Positions 28,362-38,310 of a DNA stretch of 39,948 nt are shown piece after piece. The notes under the pieces were generated by a model. That model did no database searches. It was not told where the DNA came from and saw only the letters and a list, made by a program, of their open reading frames with translations. Position 1 is the first letter of the stretch. Each line of letters starts with the position of its first letter. The translations under genes and the position numbers were made by a program. Origin of the DNA: Escherichia phage TM1; the sequence record OM908436.1; one strand, written 5' to 3'.

Positions 28362-28800
28362 CGTCCAGACCTCCTGTAGCCATAGCGACCGTAGCTGGCA
28401 TCAAGGAAACTTTAAGCTCCTCAATACGTTCTAGAGTCACCTCAGGCTTCAGCCATTTATTTGCGAACTCATGGGCCATGTCGTTGTCCTCTGAGTTTAG
28501 GTGTGACATCAGGCTCCAGAAGTTGGAAGACATTTCGGTCTCCTTCTCAACCGGGCGATATACGTCCCAGTCAATTACCTCTGAGCCGTAGCTGTCATTC
28601 CACATACCACTGGCTACGATGGTCAGGCCGATGAACGGACGCCACTCATAAGCCTCAGAAGGAGACTCGGCGTAGGACTCAACGTCCTTCTCAGTCAGGA
28701 TGTATGACCAATATGCGCAGAACTCAGCGTACTTGCGGTGCACCTTCTCGCACCTACCCATTTCAAGGACCAGCTCTTTCAGACTTTCAGGTATCTTCAT
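28351..28800 (-). CDS. Acidic hypothetical protein (about 149 aa from MKIPESL) at the locus where T7 has gp5.9
   Basis: Start taken at the internal Met at 28798-28800, which overlaps the gp5.7 stop (ATGA); no similarity to T7 gp5.9 as recalled. Confidence 0.55.
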   Translation of the reverse strand: MKIPESLKELVLEMGRCEKVHRKYAEFCAYWSYILTEKDVESYAESPSEAYEWRPFIGLTIVASGMWNDSYGSEVIDWDVYRPVEKETEMSSNFWSLMSHLNSEDNDMAHEFANKWLKPEVTLERIEELKVSLMPATVAMATGGLDDGF

Positions 28801-29006
28801 AGACAGCCTCCATGTTGGTTCAGGAACTTGGTGCCAGCAGCGGTAATCTCCCACGCACCGTTGTTACGCCCATCAATAGACAGGCAGCTTAGATGTCCAC
28901 GACTCGCAGCCTCAGCCACAAGTGCAGCGTTGTTGCGCACATAGTTGGACTGGAAGGTCTTCGGGCAGGACTTAAGGGCCGCTAGGACCCGTAAGTATTC
29001 ACTCAT
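28797..29006 (-). CDS. gp5.7: T7 gp5.7-like protein
   Basis: 69 aa; MSEYLRVLAALKSCPKTFQSNYVRNNAALVAEAASRGHLSCL is near-identical to T7 gp5.7 MSDYLKVLQAIKSCPKTFQSNYVRNNASLVAEAASRGHISCL. Confidence 0.85.
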   Translation of the reverse strand: MSEYLRVLAALKSCPKTFQSNYVRNNAALVAEAASRGHLSCLSIDGRNNGAWEITAAGTKFLNQHGGCL

Positions 29007-29302
29007 TACTTGAACCTCACAGTAGCTGGTGAGACACTGAAGAACTCCGAGTCTGAATAGTCATGTACAGCCTCTTTAATCATAGACCGTAAGTTAGCAC
29101 GCATGATGAACTCAATAACTGCGTCCATGCCTTCTGTCAGCCACAGGGTAAGCATATGGCGCTGCTTACTATCAGGCTCGATTTCACCTGAGTGAACGCC
29201 TTTAGCCAGCTCTCGTAGACCGTCAATGATGATTTCCTCTTGGTCTGTAGGAAGTACAGCCTTAAGGTTGAAACTTACGATAGCGCGTTTTGTCATAGCC
29301 AT
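29006..29302 (-). CDS. gp5.5: T7 gp5.5-like protein (H-NS-binding protein family)
   Basis: 98 aa; starts MAMTK..VSF and ends SPATVR, like T7 gp5.5. Confidence 0.75.
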   Translation of the reverse strand: MAMTKRAIVSFNLKAVLPTDQEEIIIDGLRELAKGVHSGEIEPDSKQRHMLTLWLTEGMDAVIEFIMRANLRSMIKEAVHDYSDSEFFSVSPATVRFK

Positions 29303-29463
29303 TAGCCTTCTCCTTCTTCTTCGTTATGCTCTTTCAGAATTTCATGAATGTCTCGACTGCATGAACCACTGAGGTTTGGATTATAACCAGACTCCTCGTG
29401 TCCACACCACCAAGCTGACCGCATCAGGTCTTTGACCTCCTGCTCGCTATAAGTTTTAGCCAT
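29302..29463 (-). CDS. Small acidic protein (53 aa) between the HNH gene and gp5.5
   Basis: MAKTYSEQEVKDLMRSAWWCGHEESGYNPNLSGSCSRDIHEILKEHNEEEGEG; start overlaps the HNH stop and stop overlaps the gp5.5 start; hand-translated. Confidence 0.4.
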   Translation of the reverse strand: MAKTYSEQEVKDLMRSAWWCGHEESGYNPNLSGSCSRDIHEILKEHNEEEGEG

Positions 29464-29744
29464 TAGTGACACTCCTTCTTAACAAGTTTGCGCTCACGGT
29501 TCGTCTTAATGACGTGTTCGCGCTTTGGAATACACTGTAGGTGCTCTATGTTGCAGCACCCACGGTTCAAGCACAAATGGTCTATCTCGTAGCCATCTGG
29601 TATAGGTCCGCGCTTCTGCTCCCACACCCATCGGTGGAACATGAAGGCGAACTTGTTGCCCTTCCTGTAGCTTCCCATGGGGTACCTGAAGTACCCATCT
29701 TGGTTCCTCTTGTGGGACACGCAGACGATACATCCGGTAGGCAT
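29463..29744 (-). CDS. HNH endonuclease downstream of DNA polymerase (start uncertain; the longer ORF-track version would overlap the gp5 end)
   Basis: FHRWVWEQKRGPIPDGYEIDHLCLNRGCCNIEHLQCIPKREH is a typical HNH motif; Cys pair near the N-terminus. Confidence 0.65.
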   Translation of the reverse strand: MPTGCIVCVSHKRNQDGYFRYPMGSYRKGNKFAFMFHRWVWEQKRGPIPDGYEIDHLCLNRGCCNIEHLQCIPKREHVIKTNRERKLVKKECH

Positions 29745-29775
29745 GGTGTGGAAGCGTAGGGTCTTGGTTCGAGGG

Positions 29776-31947
29776 TCAGTGACACTCTTTCCACGTTGGC
29801 CCAATCTTACCCTCTGTATCAAGCTCACACTTGAAGTTATAAAAACGTCCGACCTCACGCATTGCTTCTTGTGCAATACGGACGACTTCTTCGGCAATCT
29901 CCTGAGTACGACACGCAATCTGCAATTCATCGTGAATCCAAGCCATTAGAGCAAAGTCACCATCCCAGCCATTACCGTAGCCAGCTTCCTCAAGTTTCTT
30001 CTCCGTCAGCACCATCCAGTGCTTACAGACAACCGCACCATCTCCTTGAAGTAGAGCGTTAAGTGCTGAGTGTGGCGACCGGATGTGAATGCGGCGACCA
30101 TCAAGTCCACGCAGCCAACGGCGTTTCCACTTAACGATGTTCTCTCCGTCCACCCACTTAGAGTCTGAGATTAACGTATTACTCACAGCTTCCCTGAGGT
30201 CCTTGATGGCTGGTGTACCCTCAATGAATTTCTTCATGAGAGCCGAACCTTCCTTCTTACCACCGCCGACTATCAGTCCAATCTTAGCGGCCCCTGCACC
30301 ATACAGGAACGCATAGATGAACGTCTTAGCGTTGTTACGGAAAGCCTCATGATCGTGGTTCGACTTATCGCGTGGGACGTTAGGTGCTAACCCAGCGTTG
30401 ACTGCGTTGGCCCAGTGGATGTCACCTTCGACCACAGTCTTCGCATAATCTCCACCATCAAACGGAGCTGCTCGGTTCCCCAGACAACGAAGCTCAAGAC
30501 CTGAAGCATCCACACCAACTTGAATCCAAGGGTCTGGCTTACCATCAGTCTTGTTCCAAGCTGCACCGAAAGCACCACGGCAAGTCTCACCATACGGAGC
30601 ACCGTTAGCAGGGACCTGAGCCATGTTTGGTGAACTATGAGTCGCACGTCCGGTTACTGCCCCGCATGGGTTGATTGAACCGTGCATACGTCCGTCTGGA
30701 CCTACAAGTTTCAACCATGCGTTCTTACCTTCAGCCGCCTGACCGATGCGCTTCTGGACTACCAGATACTCACGAACTAGCTCTACGCAAGCCTGAGCCT
30801 CTGCGTCTGGTAACTTAACGTGTTCTAACGTCTCGTCATCGACTACAGGTTTCCCGGTGTCAGTGAAGTCTACAGGCTCCCATCCACGCTCCATCAAGAC
30901 TTTCGCTAAGTGGTCTCCGCTTCCCGGATTAAACTCAACGTAAGTGATAGGTGTGAAAGGTGCTCCCTCCATCGTGTCTCGCGTATCGCGCTCACAAGGT
31001 TCAAGACCTAAGCGTTGAGCTTTGTTCTTCGGCTTCTTAAAGATGCCACCTATTTTAGGATACACGACTCGCGGATACTTCGGAAGGTCCTTGCCTGTCC
31101 GGGGGTGCTTGAAGAACTCCTTGCCTCCCTTTGGTGCGTACCAGCTACCGAAAGTCGAACGCAGCTTGTCCAGCAGCTCTGCACGTTTGACGGTGAGTTC
31201 ACGATATAAGCCTTCGACCATCTCTGTGTTCATCGGATAGCCGTTACGTTCCATCTTCGCACAGGTCCACGCAGCATCATGTTCCAGACGCAACGCATAA
31301 ATCTGGTCGAAAGCGAACTGTTCAGACTGGAAGTAATACTTGTCAGTCAGGAACTTCTTGAACAATGCCAGTGTGACCACAACGTCTTGAACGTTATAGT
31401 CCAGCATCTCCTGAGACGGGAACAACCATTCGTCCCCAGCCTTATATTCGATACCTTCAGCCTTGCACTTGGCAACGTAATCGTGTTTGTATTCACCTTT
31501 CATCTCACCAAGACGATAGCCCCAAGCCTCAAGAGACTGACGTCCCATCATCTTAGGTGGCAGACGGCCAGATTTCACCGCTCCCATGTCTGAGAACTTA
31601 ATGTTTGGATACATCAAGCGACCCAGCACCAAGGTATCAATCATCTTGTGTTTCGGGAAGTTAAAGCGCTTCCCAAAGTACAGACGTTTCAGCTTGTCAA
31701 TAGCCGGGACGTCGTAGTTGATACCGTTGTGGAATACCAGCATACCATAAGGTGATGCGGCAATCTCTTCCACTTTATGAACATACTCTTTGAAGCCACC
31801 GACGATACCGACCATCGGAGCTACCCCATACTTAAGGGTCTCATTCGACTCGGCGTTAATCAGGACCCCACAGTGAAACTGGGAGACTGTATCAAGGAGA
31901 CCGTTGGTCTCGATGTCAGAACCCCAGATACTCTTAAGGTCAAACAT
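29776..31947 (-). CDS. gp5: DNA polymerase (T7 gp5-like, family A, with 3-prime to 5-prime exonuclease domain); start at MFDLKSIW with SD GGAGGA
   Basis: DIETNGLL (exo motif), EAWGYRLGEMKGEYK, DYNVQDVVVT, GVDASGLELRCL, NAKTFIYAFLYGAG, WIHDELQ and the C-terminal H all align with T7 gp5; the ORF-track start at 31983 has no RBS. Confidence 0.92.
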   Translation of the reverse strand: MFDLKSIWGSDIETNGLLDTVSQFHCGVLINAESNETLKYGVAPMVGIVGGFKEYVHKVEEIAASPYGMLVFHNGINYDVPAIDKLKRLYFGKRFNFPKHKMIDTLVLGRLMYPNIKFSDMGAVKSGRLPPKMMGRQSLEAWGYRLGEMKGEYKHDYVAKCKAEGIEYKAGDEWLFPSQEMLDYNVQDVVVTLALFKKFLTDKYYFQSEQFAFDQIYALRLEHDAAWTCAKMERNGYPMNTEMVEGLYRELTVKRAELLDKLRSTFGSWYAPKGGKEFFKHPRTGKDLPKYPRVVYPKIGGIFKKPKNKAQRLGLEPCERDTRDTMEGAPFTPITYVEFNPGSGDHLAKVLMERGWEPVDFTDTGKPVVDDETLEHVKLPDAEAQACVELVREYLVVQKRIGQAAEGKNAWLKLVGPDGRMHGSINPCGAVTGRATHSSPNMAQVPANGAPYGETCRGAFGAAWNKTDGKPDPWIQVGVDASGLELRCLGNRAAPFDGGDYAKTVVEGDIHWANAVNAGLAPNVPRDKSNHDHEAFRNNAKTFIYAFLYGAGAAKIGLIVGGGKKEGSALMKKFIEGTPAIKDLREAVSNTLISDSKWVDGENIVKWKRRWLRGLDGRRIHIRSPHSALNALLQGDGAVVCKHWMVLTEKKLEEAGYGNGWDGDFALMAWIHDELQIACRTQEIAEEVVRIAQEAMREVGRFYNFKCELDTEGKIGPTWKECH

Positions 31948-31971
31948 GGTTAATCCTCCGTTTAGTCTAAT

Positions 31972-32008
31972 CATAAAGGCCACTCGCTGTGAATGACCTT
32001 GAGTCTAG
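31972..32008 (-). promoter_or_regulatory. Conserved RNA hairpin upstream of the DNA polymerase gene (candidate RNase III site, R4.7-like)
   Basis: CATAAAGGCCACT-N8-ATGACCTTGAGTCTA; compensatory changes relative to the copies at 8668 and 38797 preserve the stem. Confidence 0.55.
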
Positions 32009-32010
32009 AC

Positions 32011-32174
32011 CTAGAAGTCTGTACGCAAGAAGTGATACATGAACTTCCGGTTAGCTTTCTTCCATGCCTCGGAGTTGAACCGCTGGTCTCCCAGAATGTT
32101 CGACAGGCAGGTTGCTTCGTCGCTCCACCATTTGTACATGAACCGATGGTAGCGAGCTTTAAGTTTCTTTAACA

Positions 32175-32175
<1 letters not shown>
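32011..32175 (-). CDS. Possible small protein (about 54 aa, GTG start with SD GGAGGA) between primase-helicase and DNA polymerase
   Basis: GTG preceded by GGAGGA at 6 nt; VLKKLKARYHRFMYKWWSDEATCLSNILGDQRF...; hand-translated, tentative. Confidence 0.3.
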
Positions 32176-33921
<1,746 letters not shown>

Positions 33922-33968
33922 TCACTCCTTAATCACAAATGCGAACAAAGGGACAGGACTCATAGTCC

Positions 33969-33991
33969 CATCCCTAAGGTGATAGTTTAGG
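33969..33991 (-). promoter_or_regulatory. Phage-RNAP promoter-like sequence upstream of gene 4 (diverged at -4/-3)
   Basis: CCTAAACTATCACCTTA/GGGATG. Confidence 0.5.
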
Positions 33992-34202
33992 CTTTGAAGA
34001 ACTGAGCCAACTGGTCAGCTTTGGTATCAGCTTGACGCGCCTTCATACCAGCTTCCAGTGATGCGATGGTCAGCTTGTCAGCCAGCGCAGCAGCATCAGC
34101 CGCACCGTCAGCAGTCTTCTTTTCTACCTTTCGTTCCAGTACCGCAGCACGACGATAACCACGCACCACCAGACGACCAAGAAATTCGATAAGTTTAATC
34201 AT
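33987..34202 (-). CDS. Small conserved T7-like protein (71 aa)
   Basis: MIKLIEFLGRLVVRGY...QLAQFFKA resembles, from uncertain memory, a roughly 70-aa T7 protein MFKLIKKLGQLLVRMY...QLSKFFE. Confidence 0.45.
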   Translation of the reverse strand: MIKLIEFLGRLVVRGYRRAAVLERKVEKKTADGAADAAALADKLTIASLEAGMKARQADTKADQLAQFFKA

Positions 34203-34225
34203 TGAGTTGTTCTCCTTAGAGTTTA

Positions 34226-34684
34226 TTAACCGTGGTCGGAAGTGAACAGTTCATTGGTAGACAGCCAGCGTTGCAAGTCGAAACTTGGACACGCCTTAGG
34301 TGCTACGTCATGGTGTGCTTTGATTTCTGCCTGAGGATACAAGGCTTTCAGGTCAGCTAGCTTGTTGCGCAGGGAGTTCATCTGGGCTGGAGTGAAGTTA
34401 GCTTCAAACTGACCCTTAGCGTTGATTCCGCCTACAAGGCAGACGCCTACGGACCGGGAGTTCCAGTCCTTAACGTGTGACCCTACGACATTTACCGGGC
34501 GACCCTCTTGCACAGTGCCATCTCGCCTGATGATAAAGTGATAGCCTACGTCCAGCCACCCCTGCTGCTTGTGCCACATGCGGATAGTGTCTACCCCGAT
34601 GTCCTGAGACGGTGGGGTAGCCGAACAGTGAACGAAGATAGCGTCAGTCCGGGACCGTGGGTTGAATTGCACCTTACTCACCAT
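34226..34684 (-). CDS. gp3.5: Lysozyme / N-acetylmuramoyl-L-alanine amidase (T7 gp3.5-like)
   Basis: 152 aa; TDAIFVHCSATPPSQ, WLDVGYHFIIRRDGTV, SVGVCLVGG, FEANFTPAQM and HHDVAPKACPSFDL match T7 lysozyme. Confidence 0.93.
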   Translation of the reverse strand: MVSKVQFNPRSRTDAIFVHCSATPPSQDIGVDTIRMWHKQQGWLDVGYHFIIRRDGTVQEGRPVNVVGSHVKDWNSRSVGVCLVGGINAKGQFEANFTPAQMNSLRNKLADLKALYPQAEIKAHHDVAPKACPSFDLQRWLSTNELFTSDHG

Positions 34685-34901
34685 CGTACACCACCAGCTC
34701 TACAGCTACGAGGTTAAGATGACGTTGGAATCGGTTAGCATCCGTGGTGTGCATCTGGAGTAACTTATGGTTGAAGACGTGAGAGTTGCTAATCTTCACG
34801 TACACTTCGTCAGGCTTACCATGGACGATGAACGCATAGCCTACCGGGATTTTATCAATGGTCAGACGCTTACGAACGACCTTAACTTCTTGAGTCATCA
34901 C
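34674..34901 (-). CDS. Hypothetical protein (75 aa) inserted between endonuclease I and lysozyme
   Basis: ORF whose start overlaps the gp3 stop and whose end overlaps the gp3.5 start; no T7 counterpart recalled. Confidence 0.4.
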   Translation of the reverse strand: MMTQEVKVVRKRLTIDKIPVGYAFIVHGKPDEVYVKISNSHVFNHKLLQMHTTDANRFQRHLNLVAVELVVYDGE

Positions 34902-35350
34902 TTAACTCCTTTCTTCTTGGGGATGAGGATGCCTGAAGGCAGACGTACAGTCGCCTCTCGCAGCCACTCAACCGGGATGAACTTATCGGCAAACTTAAAG
35001 CCGTTCTTTTCGCACCATGCTCCATACGTGGTCTGAGACCCCTTGTATAACTTGGAGCGGGAACTTGAGAACACGAACCGAATGTCTAACTCAGGGTGCT
35101 GTTCTCGTACCAGAAGGTGCTTCTTACGGTCATCACTGTCGAAGATACCTTTGGTCTCCACGATGATACCGTTAGGAAGGATAAAGTCTGGTGTGTACTT
35201 GTGGTCGGAAGCCGGAATCACATAGTTGATATAATGGCTTTCGTACTCCGCTTTGACGCCGTTCTGTTCCAGCCACTGCTGGTTCTTGGCTTCAAGTCCA
35301 GAGCGGTAGGCACCCACAGAGTGCCCCCGTTTTGCAGACCATTGGGCCAT
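34898..35350 (-). CDS. gp3: Endonuclease I, Holliday-junction resolvase (T7 gp3-like)
   Basis: 150 aa versus 149 in T7; YTPDFILPNGIIVETKG fits the endonuclease I catalytic region. Confidence 0.85.
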   Translation of the reverse strand: MAQWSAKRGHSVGAYRSGLEAKNQQWLEQNGVKAEYESHYINYVIPASDHKYTPDFILPNGIIVETKGIFDSDDRKKHLLVREQHPELDIRFVFSSSRSKLYKGSQTTYGAWCEKNGFKFADKFIPVEWLREATVRLPSGILIPKKKGVK

Positions 35351-36048
35351 TAGAAGTTGTAATCGCCACCAGAGTTGGAGTCGTCACCACCTTCGGAACC
35401 ATCGTCACCGAAGTCATCGTCACCGAAGTCACCATCGGTTGACGCTTTGTAGCCAGTACCGAGGTCTTCATCATCACCCCAGCCACCATCGCCACCAGCA
35501 CCATCACCTTTCCACTCCTTCAGTTCTACCAGAAGGCAGGACTCAAGCTGGAGCTTAACGCTTGCACCAGTCGCAGCGTTCCACTTGAACGGCAGGACTT
35601 TAAACTTGACCTTCAGCTTTGAGCCAGCTCCAATATTCGGGACGTCACGGATTAACTTAGCATCGGTGTCGTAGAACCGTAATACGATAGGCTCTGACTT
35701 ACCATCCTTCAGGTAAGACGCGAAGCATTTAAACTTCAGGGTAACAGTACCGTCACCATTCTCAATCCACGGCATGTCGCCTTCTCGTGGTTCAATAGGC
35801 TTCTTGCCACGCTGAACCTGAGGTGGGTTCTTCTCGTGGTCTGCGAGTGCTTTCGCATACGCATCGTCGTGAATCTTCTGTAAGACATCAATCATCTTAC
35901 GGACCTTCGGGTTGCTCAGGTCGAATGTCAGGTTGACTTTGTGTTCACCACGCTCGTTGAACTTGGTGTCTGCTTTGTTAAGCCATGCGTAAGGCTCAAC
36001 GATACCAGCTACCGGAGTGGTGAAAGTCTTCAGTTGCTCTTTAGCCAT
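35350..36048 (-). CDS. gp2.5: Single-stranded DNA-binding protein (T7 gp2.5-like)
   Basis: 232 aa, same as T7 gp2.5; strongly acidic C-terminal tail ending in F. Confidence 0.88.
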   Translation of the reverse strand: MAKEQLKTFTTPVAGIVEPYAWLNKADTKFNERGEHKVNLTFDLSNPKVRKMIDVLQKIHDDAYAKALADHEKNPPQVQRGKKPIEPREGDMPWIENGDGTVTLKFKCFASYLKDGKSEPIVLRFYDTDAKLIRDVPNIGAGSKLKVKFKVLPFKWNAATGASVKLQLESCLLVELKEWKGDGAGGDGGWGDDEDLGTGYKASTDGDFGDDDFGDDGSEGGDDSNSGGDYNF

Positions 36049-36088
36049 TGGTGTAAATCTCCTAATTTAAAAGTTACGAACTGGACGT

Positions 36089-36111
36089 CTGTCCTACAGT
36101 GATAGTTTAGG
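36089..36111 (-). promoter_or_regulatory. Phage-RNAP promoter (phi2.5-like), overlapping the gene 2 stop
   Basis: CCTAAACTATCACTGTA/GGACAG. Confidence 0.6.
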
Positions 36112-36265
36112 TCTCAGGACGAATCCGTCCGACCACAAACCCAGCGTCCTCATACTCTTGGGACTTCAGTGTAGCCTCTTCAAGAGACTTTGCGTACACC
36201 GGAATCTCGAAGGACTGAACGCGACCCTCAAGCTCCACGATGTACTTCTTCTCAACCTCAGTCAT
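36107..36265 (-). CDS. gp2: Host RNA polymerase inhibitor (T7 gp2-like), 52 aa
   Basis: [14 protein letters not shown]...[11 protein letters not shown] aligns with T7 gp2 SFEVPIYAETLDEA...PAGFEVTRVRP; hand-translated. Confidence 0.65.
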   Translation of the reverse strand: MTEVEKKYIVELEGRVQSFEIPVYAKSLEEATLKSQEYEDAGFVVGRIRPET

Positions 36266-36448
36266 AAACCGCGCTCCTTCCATTGGTTGTATAACGTGAT
36301 GTAGTCCTGGTTGAGAGTCTTCTCATACATCTCCCGGCACCACTCACTTGGTTTTACCATATTCCACCTCTATCGCCCAATACATTAAACGGAATAATGC
36401 GCCTACTCCAGCACAGATTAATCCGAAGTACAGAATATCATTAAGCAT
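36262..36448 (-). CDS. Two tiny tandem ORFs (34 and 32 aa) at the gene 1.8 position
   Basis: 36344-36448 [34 protein letters not shown] (hydrophobic) and 36262-36360 [32 protein letters not shown]; overlapping stop/start arrangement; tentative. Confidence 0.25.
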
Positions 36449-36878
36449 GACATTTACCTTTATGTAGGTCGAACAGCTCCTGATAGAAGGCTGCTTTGTT
36501 TAGGTCCTTCTCCATAGTAGCCAGCTCTGACTTCTTGCCAGCCCGGAGTCGATACTTCAGGACGTTACCCATGCAGAACCCACGGAACTCGCTGACAGTC
36601 ATTGACCGAGCGATAATCTCAATGGATTCCACACCGTCAAAGACCTGATAGTGAGATGGCTTACGGACGCTATCTTCCTGACCTATGGTTGTTGGCTCGG
36701 ACTGCGCCTGCTTGGTAATACTTAAGGAACTAATGGAGTGAGTGAGTGGTTCAGATAAACGGGGCCACTTAACAACAGCCACATGCTCATTCTTAACCAC
36801 TATCACCTTGCCACAGGAGCGTCCAGTGTGGGCTTCAACTGGTCCAACATAGTTAACTGTATCCCCCACCTTAACCAT
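36441..36878 (-). CDS. Protein at the gene 1.7 position (145 aa)
   Basis: Position only; T7 gp1.7 is a nucleotide kinase but I cannot confirm similarity. Confidence 0.45.
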   Translation of the reverse strand: MVKVGDTVNYVGPVEAHTGRSCGKVIVVKNEHVAVVKWPRLSEPLTHSISSLSITKQAQSEPTTIGQEDSVRKPSHYQVFDGVESIEIIARSMTVSEFRGFCMGNVLKYRLRAGKKSELATMEKDLNKAAFYQELFDLHKGKCHA

Positions 36879-37131
36879 TGATCACCTCCTTCACGAACTC
36901 AACGAACAGACGAACGCGAGGCCACTTAGTGTAGACCACTGGTACGTTGGTCTCACGCTTCTGGCGAGCCTCTTCAGCTTTACCACGAGTAATCAGAGCG
37001 AAGACTGTAGGTGACAGCTTAACGGCCTTCCCGAAGTATCCCAGCTTCTCGTTTCGCTTAATGCAAGCGAACGGGTTGTTTGACAGGTGGAAGGTATCAG
37101 TATAACGATTGAACATTAAGTTCTTAGACAT
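36871..37131 (-). CDS. T7 gp1.6-like protein
   Basis: 86 aa; DTFHLSNNPFACIKRNEKLGYFGKAVKLSPTVFAL matches my uncertain recollection of T7 gp1.6. Confidence 0.5.
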   Translation of the reverse strand: MSKNLMFNRYTDTFHLSNNPFACIKRNEKLGYFGKAVKLSPTVFALITRGKAEEARQKRETNVPVVYTKWPRVRLFVEFVKEVING

Positions 37132-37164
37132 AAGGTTTCTCCTCTTAAAGTCTGGGACCGGGTG

Positions 37165-37187
37165 TGGTCCTACAGTGATAGTTTAGT
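37165..37187 (-). promoter_or_regulatory. Phage-RNAP promoter (phi1.5/1.6-like)
   Basis: ACTAAACTATCACTGTA/GGACCA. Confidence 0.6.
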
Positions 37188-37207
37188 CCATCGCGCTGGG
37201 TCCAGAC

Positions 37208-37240
37208 GCAAAGAAACCCAGCAGTCCTAAGACCACTGGG
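37208..37240 (-). terminator. Intrinsic-terminator-like hairpin just after the ligase gene (T7 TE-like position)
   Basis: Transcript CCCAGUGGUC-UUAG-GACUGCUGGG followed by UUUCUUU; 10-bp stem with two G-U pairs; T7 has its early terminator after gene 1.3. Confidence 0.5.
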
Positions 37241-37251
37241 TTGACATTTAG

Positions 37252-38310
37252 TTAACTCTTAACGGTTGGATTGTCTTCCGTCCCGCGCCAGCACTTGAAG
37301 CTAGGGTGACGAAGGGAACCATCAGGGAAGCGCTCCATGAATAGGACCTCACACTGCCATCCTTCATAGGCGTGGTTGTCACCGTTTAGCTCCTGAGTCT
37401 TAACAGCTAGTGTAAACTCGTCCTTCTGTTCTTCAGTCAGACCACAGGCGTTAACCACCATGCCATCCTCAAGTAGCACCTCGAAGCCGATGACCTTACC
37501 TTCGTTCGCCTTACCAGGAGTCCCCCACACGAGGCCGCACACGGTCCCGTCGATGGTCTCCTCAGGCTTCATCTTCCACATGCCTGACTTCTTGCCACGC
37601 TTGTACTTACCCAGCGGGTCCTTGACTACCAGACCCTCGTGTCCTTCCAGACGCTTCTGTTCGTACAGGGAGTTGAGCGACTCAAGGTCATAGACCGTGT
37701 GTGACTCAGACAGAACCCAGTCGATTTCAGGGAAGTATTTCTGGAGGAGAGGGACGATAGCTTCGGCCTTCAGGCGTGTGACGCTATGGATAGGACCTTC
37801 GGCTTTCGGGTCATTGATGATGTTAAGGTCCACGATACCATAGACGACTACCTTGATGTTCCGTGTTGCCAGCCAGAATGGGACTTTAGTTCCTCTGCCG
37901 GGATAGCACTCAGCAAAATCCTCGTTGCTTGGCTTCAGCCACTTCGTTCTTATGAGACCTGAAGACGTATTGAAGTCCACTCCTTTTACCATGACCTCAC
38001 CATCAATCATCAGGCCCGTACCTTCGTAGCCAGCCTGTTTAAGGAACCATCGCCAGTCACTAGCCCTTTGCTGATCTTCAACGATGTTGTCGATGTTGGT
38101 CAGGACTGATAGCCACTCAAGTGCTGGAAGAGGTTTAGACTCACGGCTCAACCATTGAGTCTCGCCTGTTGGGAAGACTGGGAGGTTCAACCGGACACCA
38201 TCGTACTTCACTTCAGCTTCCAGCGACCCAGCTGCCTCCAAAGCCTTCTTAACTCCAGACTCAGAGTAGTCTACAGCGCGGTGCGGGTTAGTTTTAATAG
38301 TCGTAGTCAT
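37252..38310 (-). CDS. gp1.3: ATP-dependent DNA ligase (T7 gp1.3-like)
   Basis: 352 aa versus 359 in T7; N-terminal IKTNP and adenylation motif KYDG. Confidence 0.88.
   Translation of the reverse strand: MTTTIKTNPHRAVDYSESGVKKALEAAGSLEAEVKYDGVRLNLPVFPTGETQWLSRESKPLPALEWLSVLTNIDNIVEDQQRASDWRWFLKQAGYEGTGLMIDGEVMVKGVDFNTSSGLIRTKWLKPSNEDFAECYPGRGTKVPFWLATRNIKVVVYGIVDLNIINDPKAEGPIHSVTRLKAEAIVPLLQKYFPEIDWVLSESHTVYDLESLNSLYEQKRLEGHEGLVVKDPLGKYKRGKKSGMWKMKPEETIDGTVCGLVWGTPGKANEGKVIGFEVLLEDGMVVNACGLTEEQKDEFTLAVKTQELNGDNHAYEGWQCEVLFMERFPDGSLRHPSFKCWRGTEDNPTVKS

Noticed and set aside
29776-31983. ORF-track start of DNA polymerase at 31983 (735 aa) and of scaffold at 24500 (316 aa)
   Set aside because: Alignment with T7 gp5 and gp9 N-termini and the position of strong Shine-Dalgarno sequences support the internal starts at 31947 and 24434; the longer versions are ORF-finder extensions.
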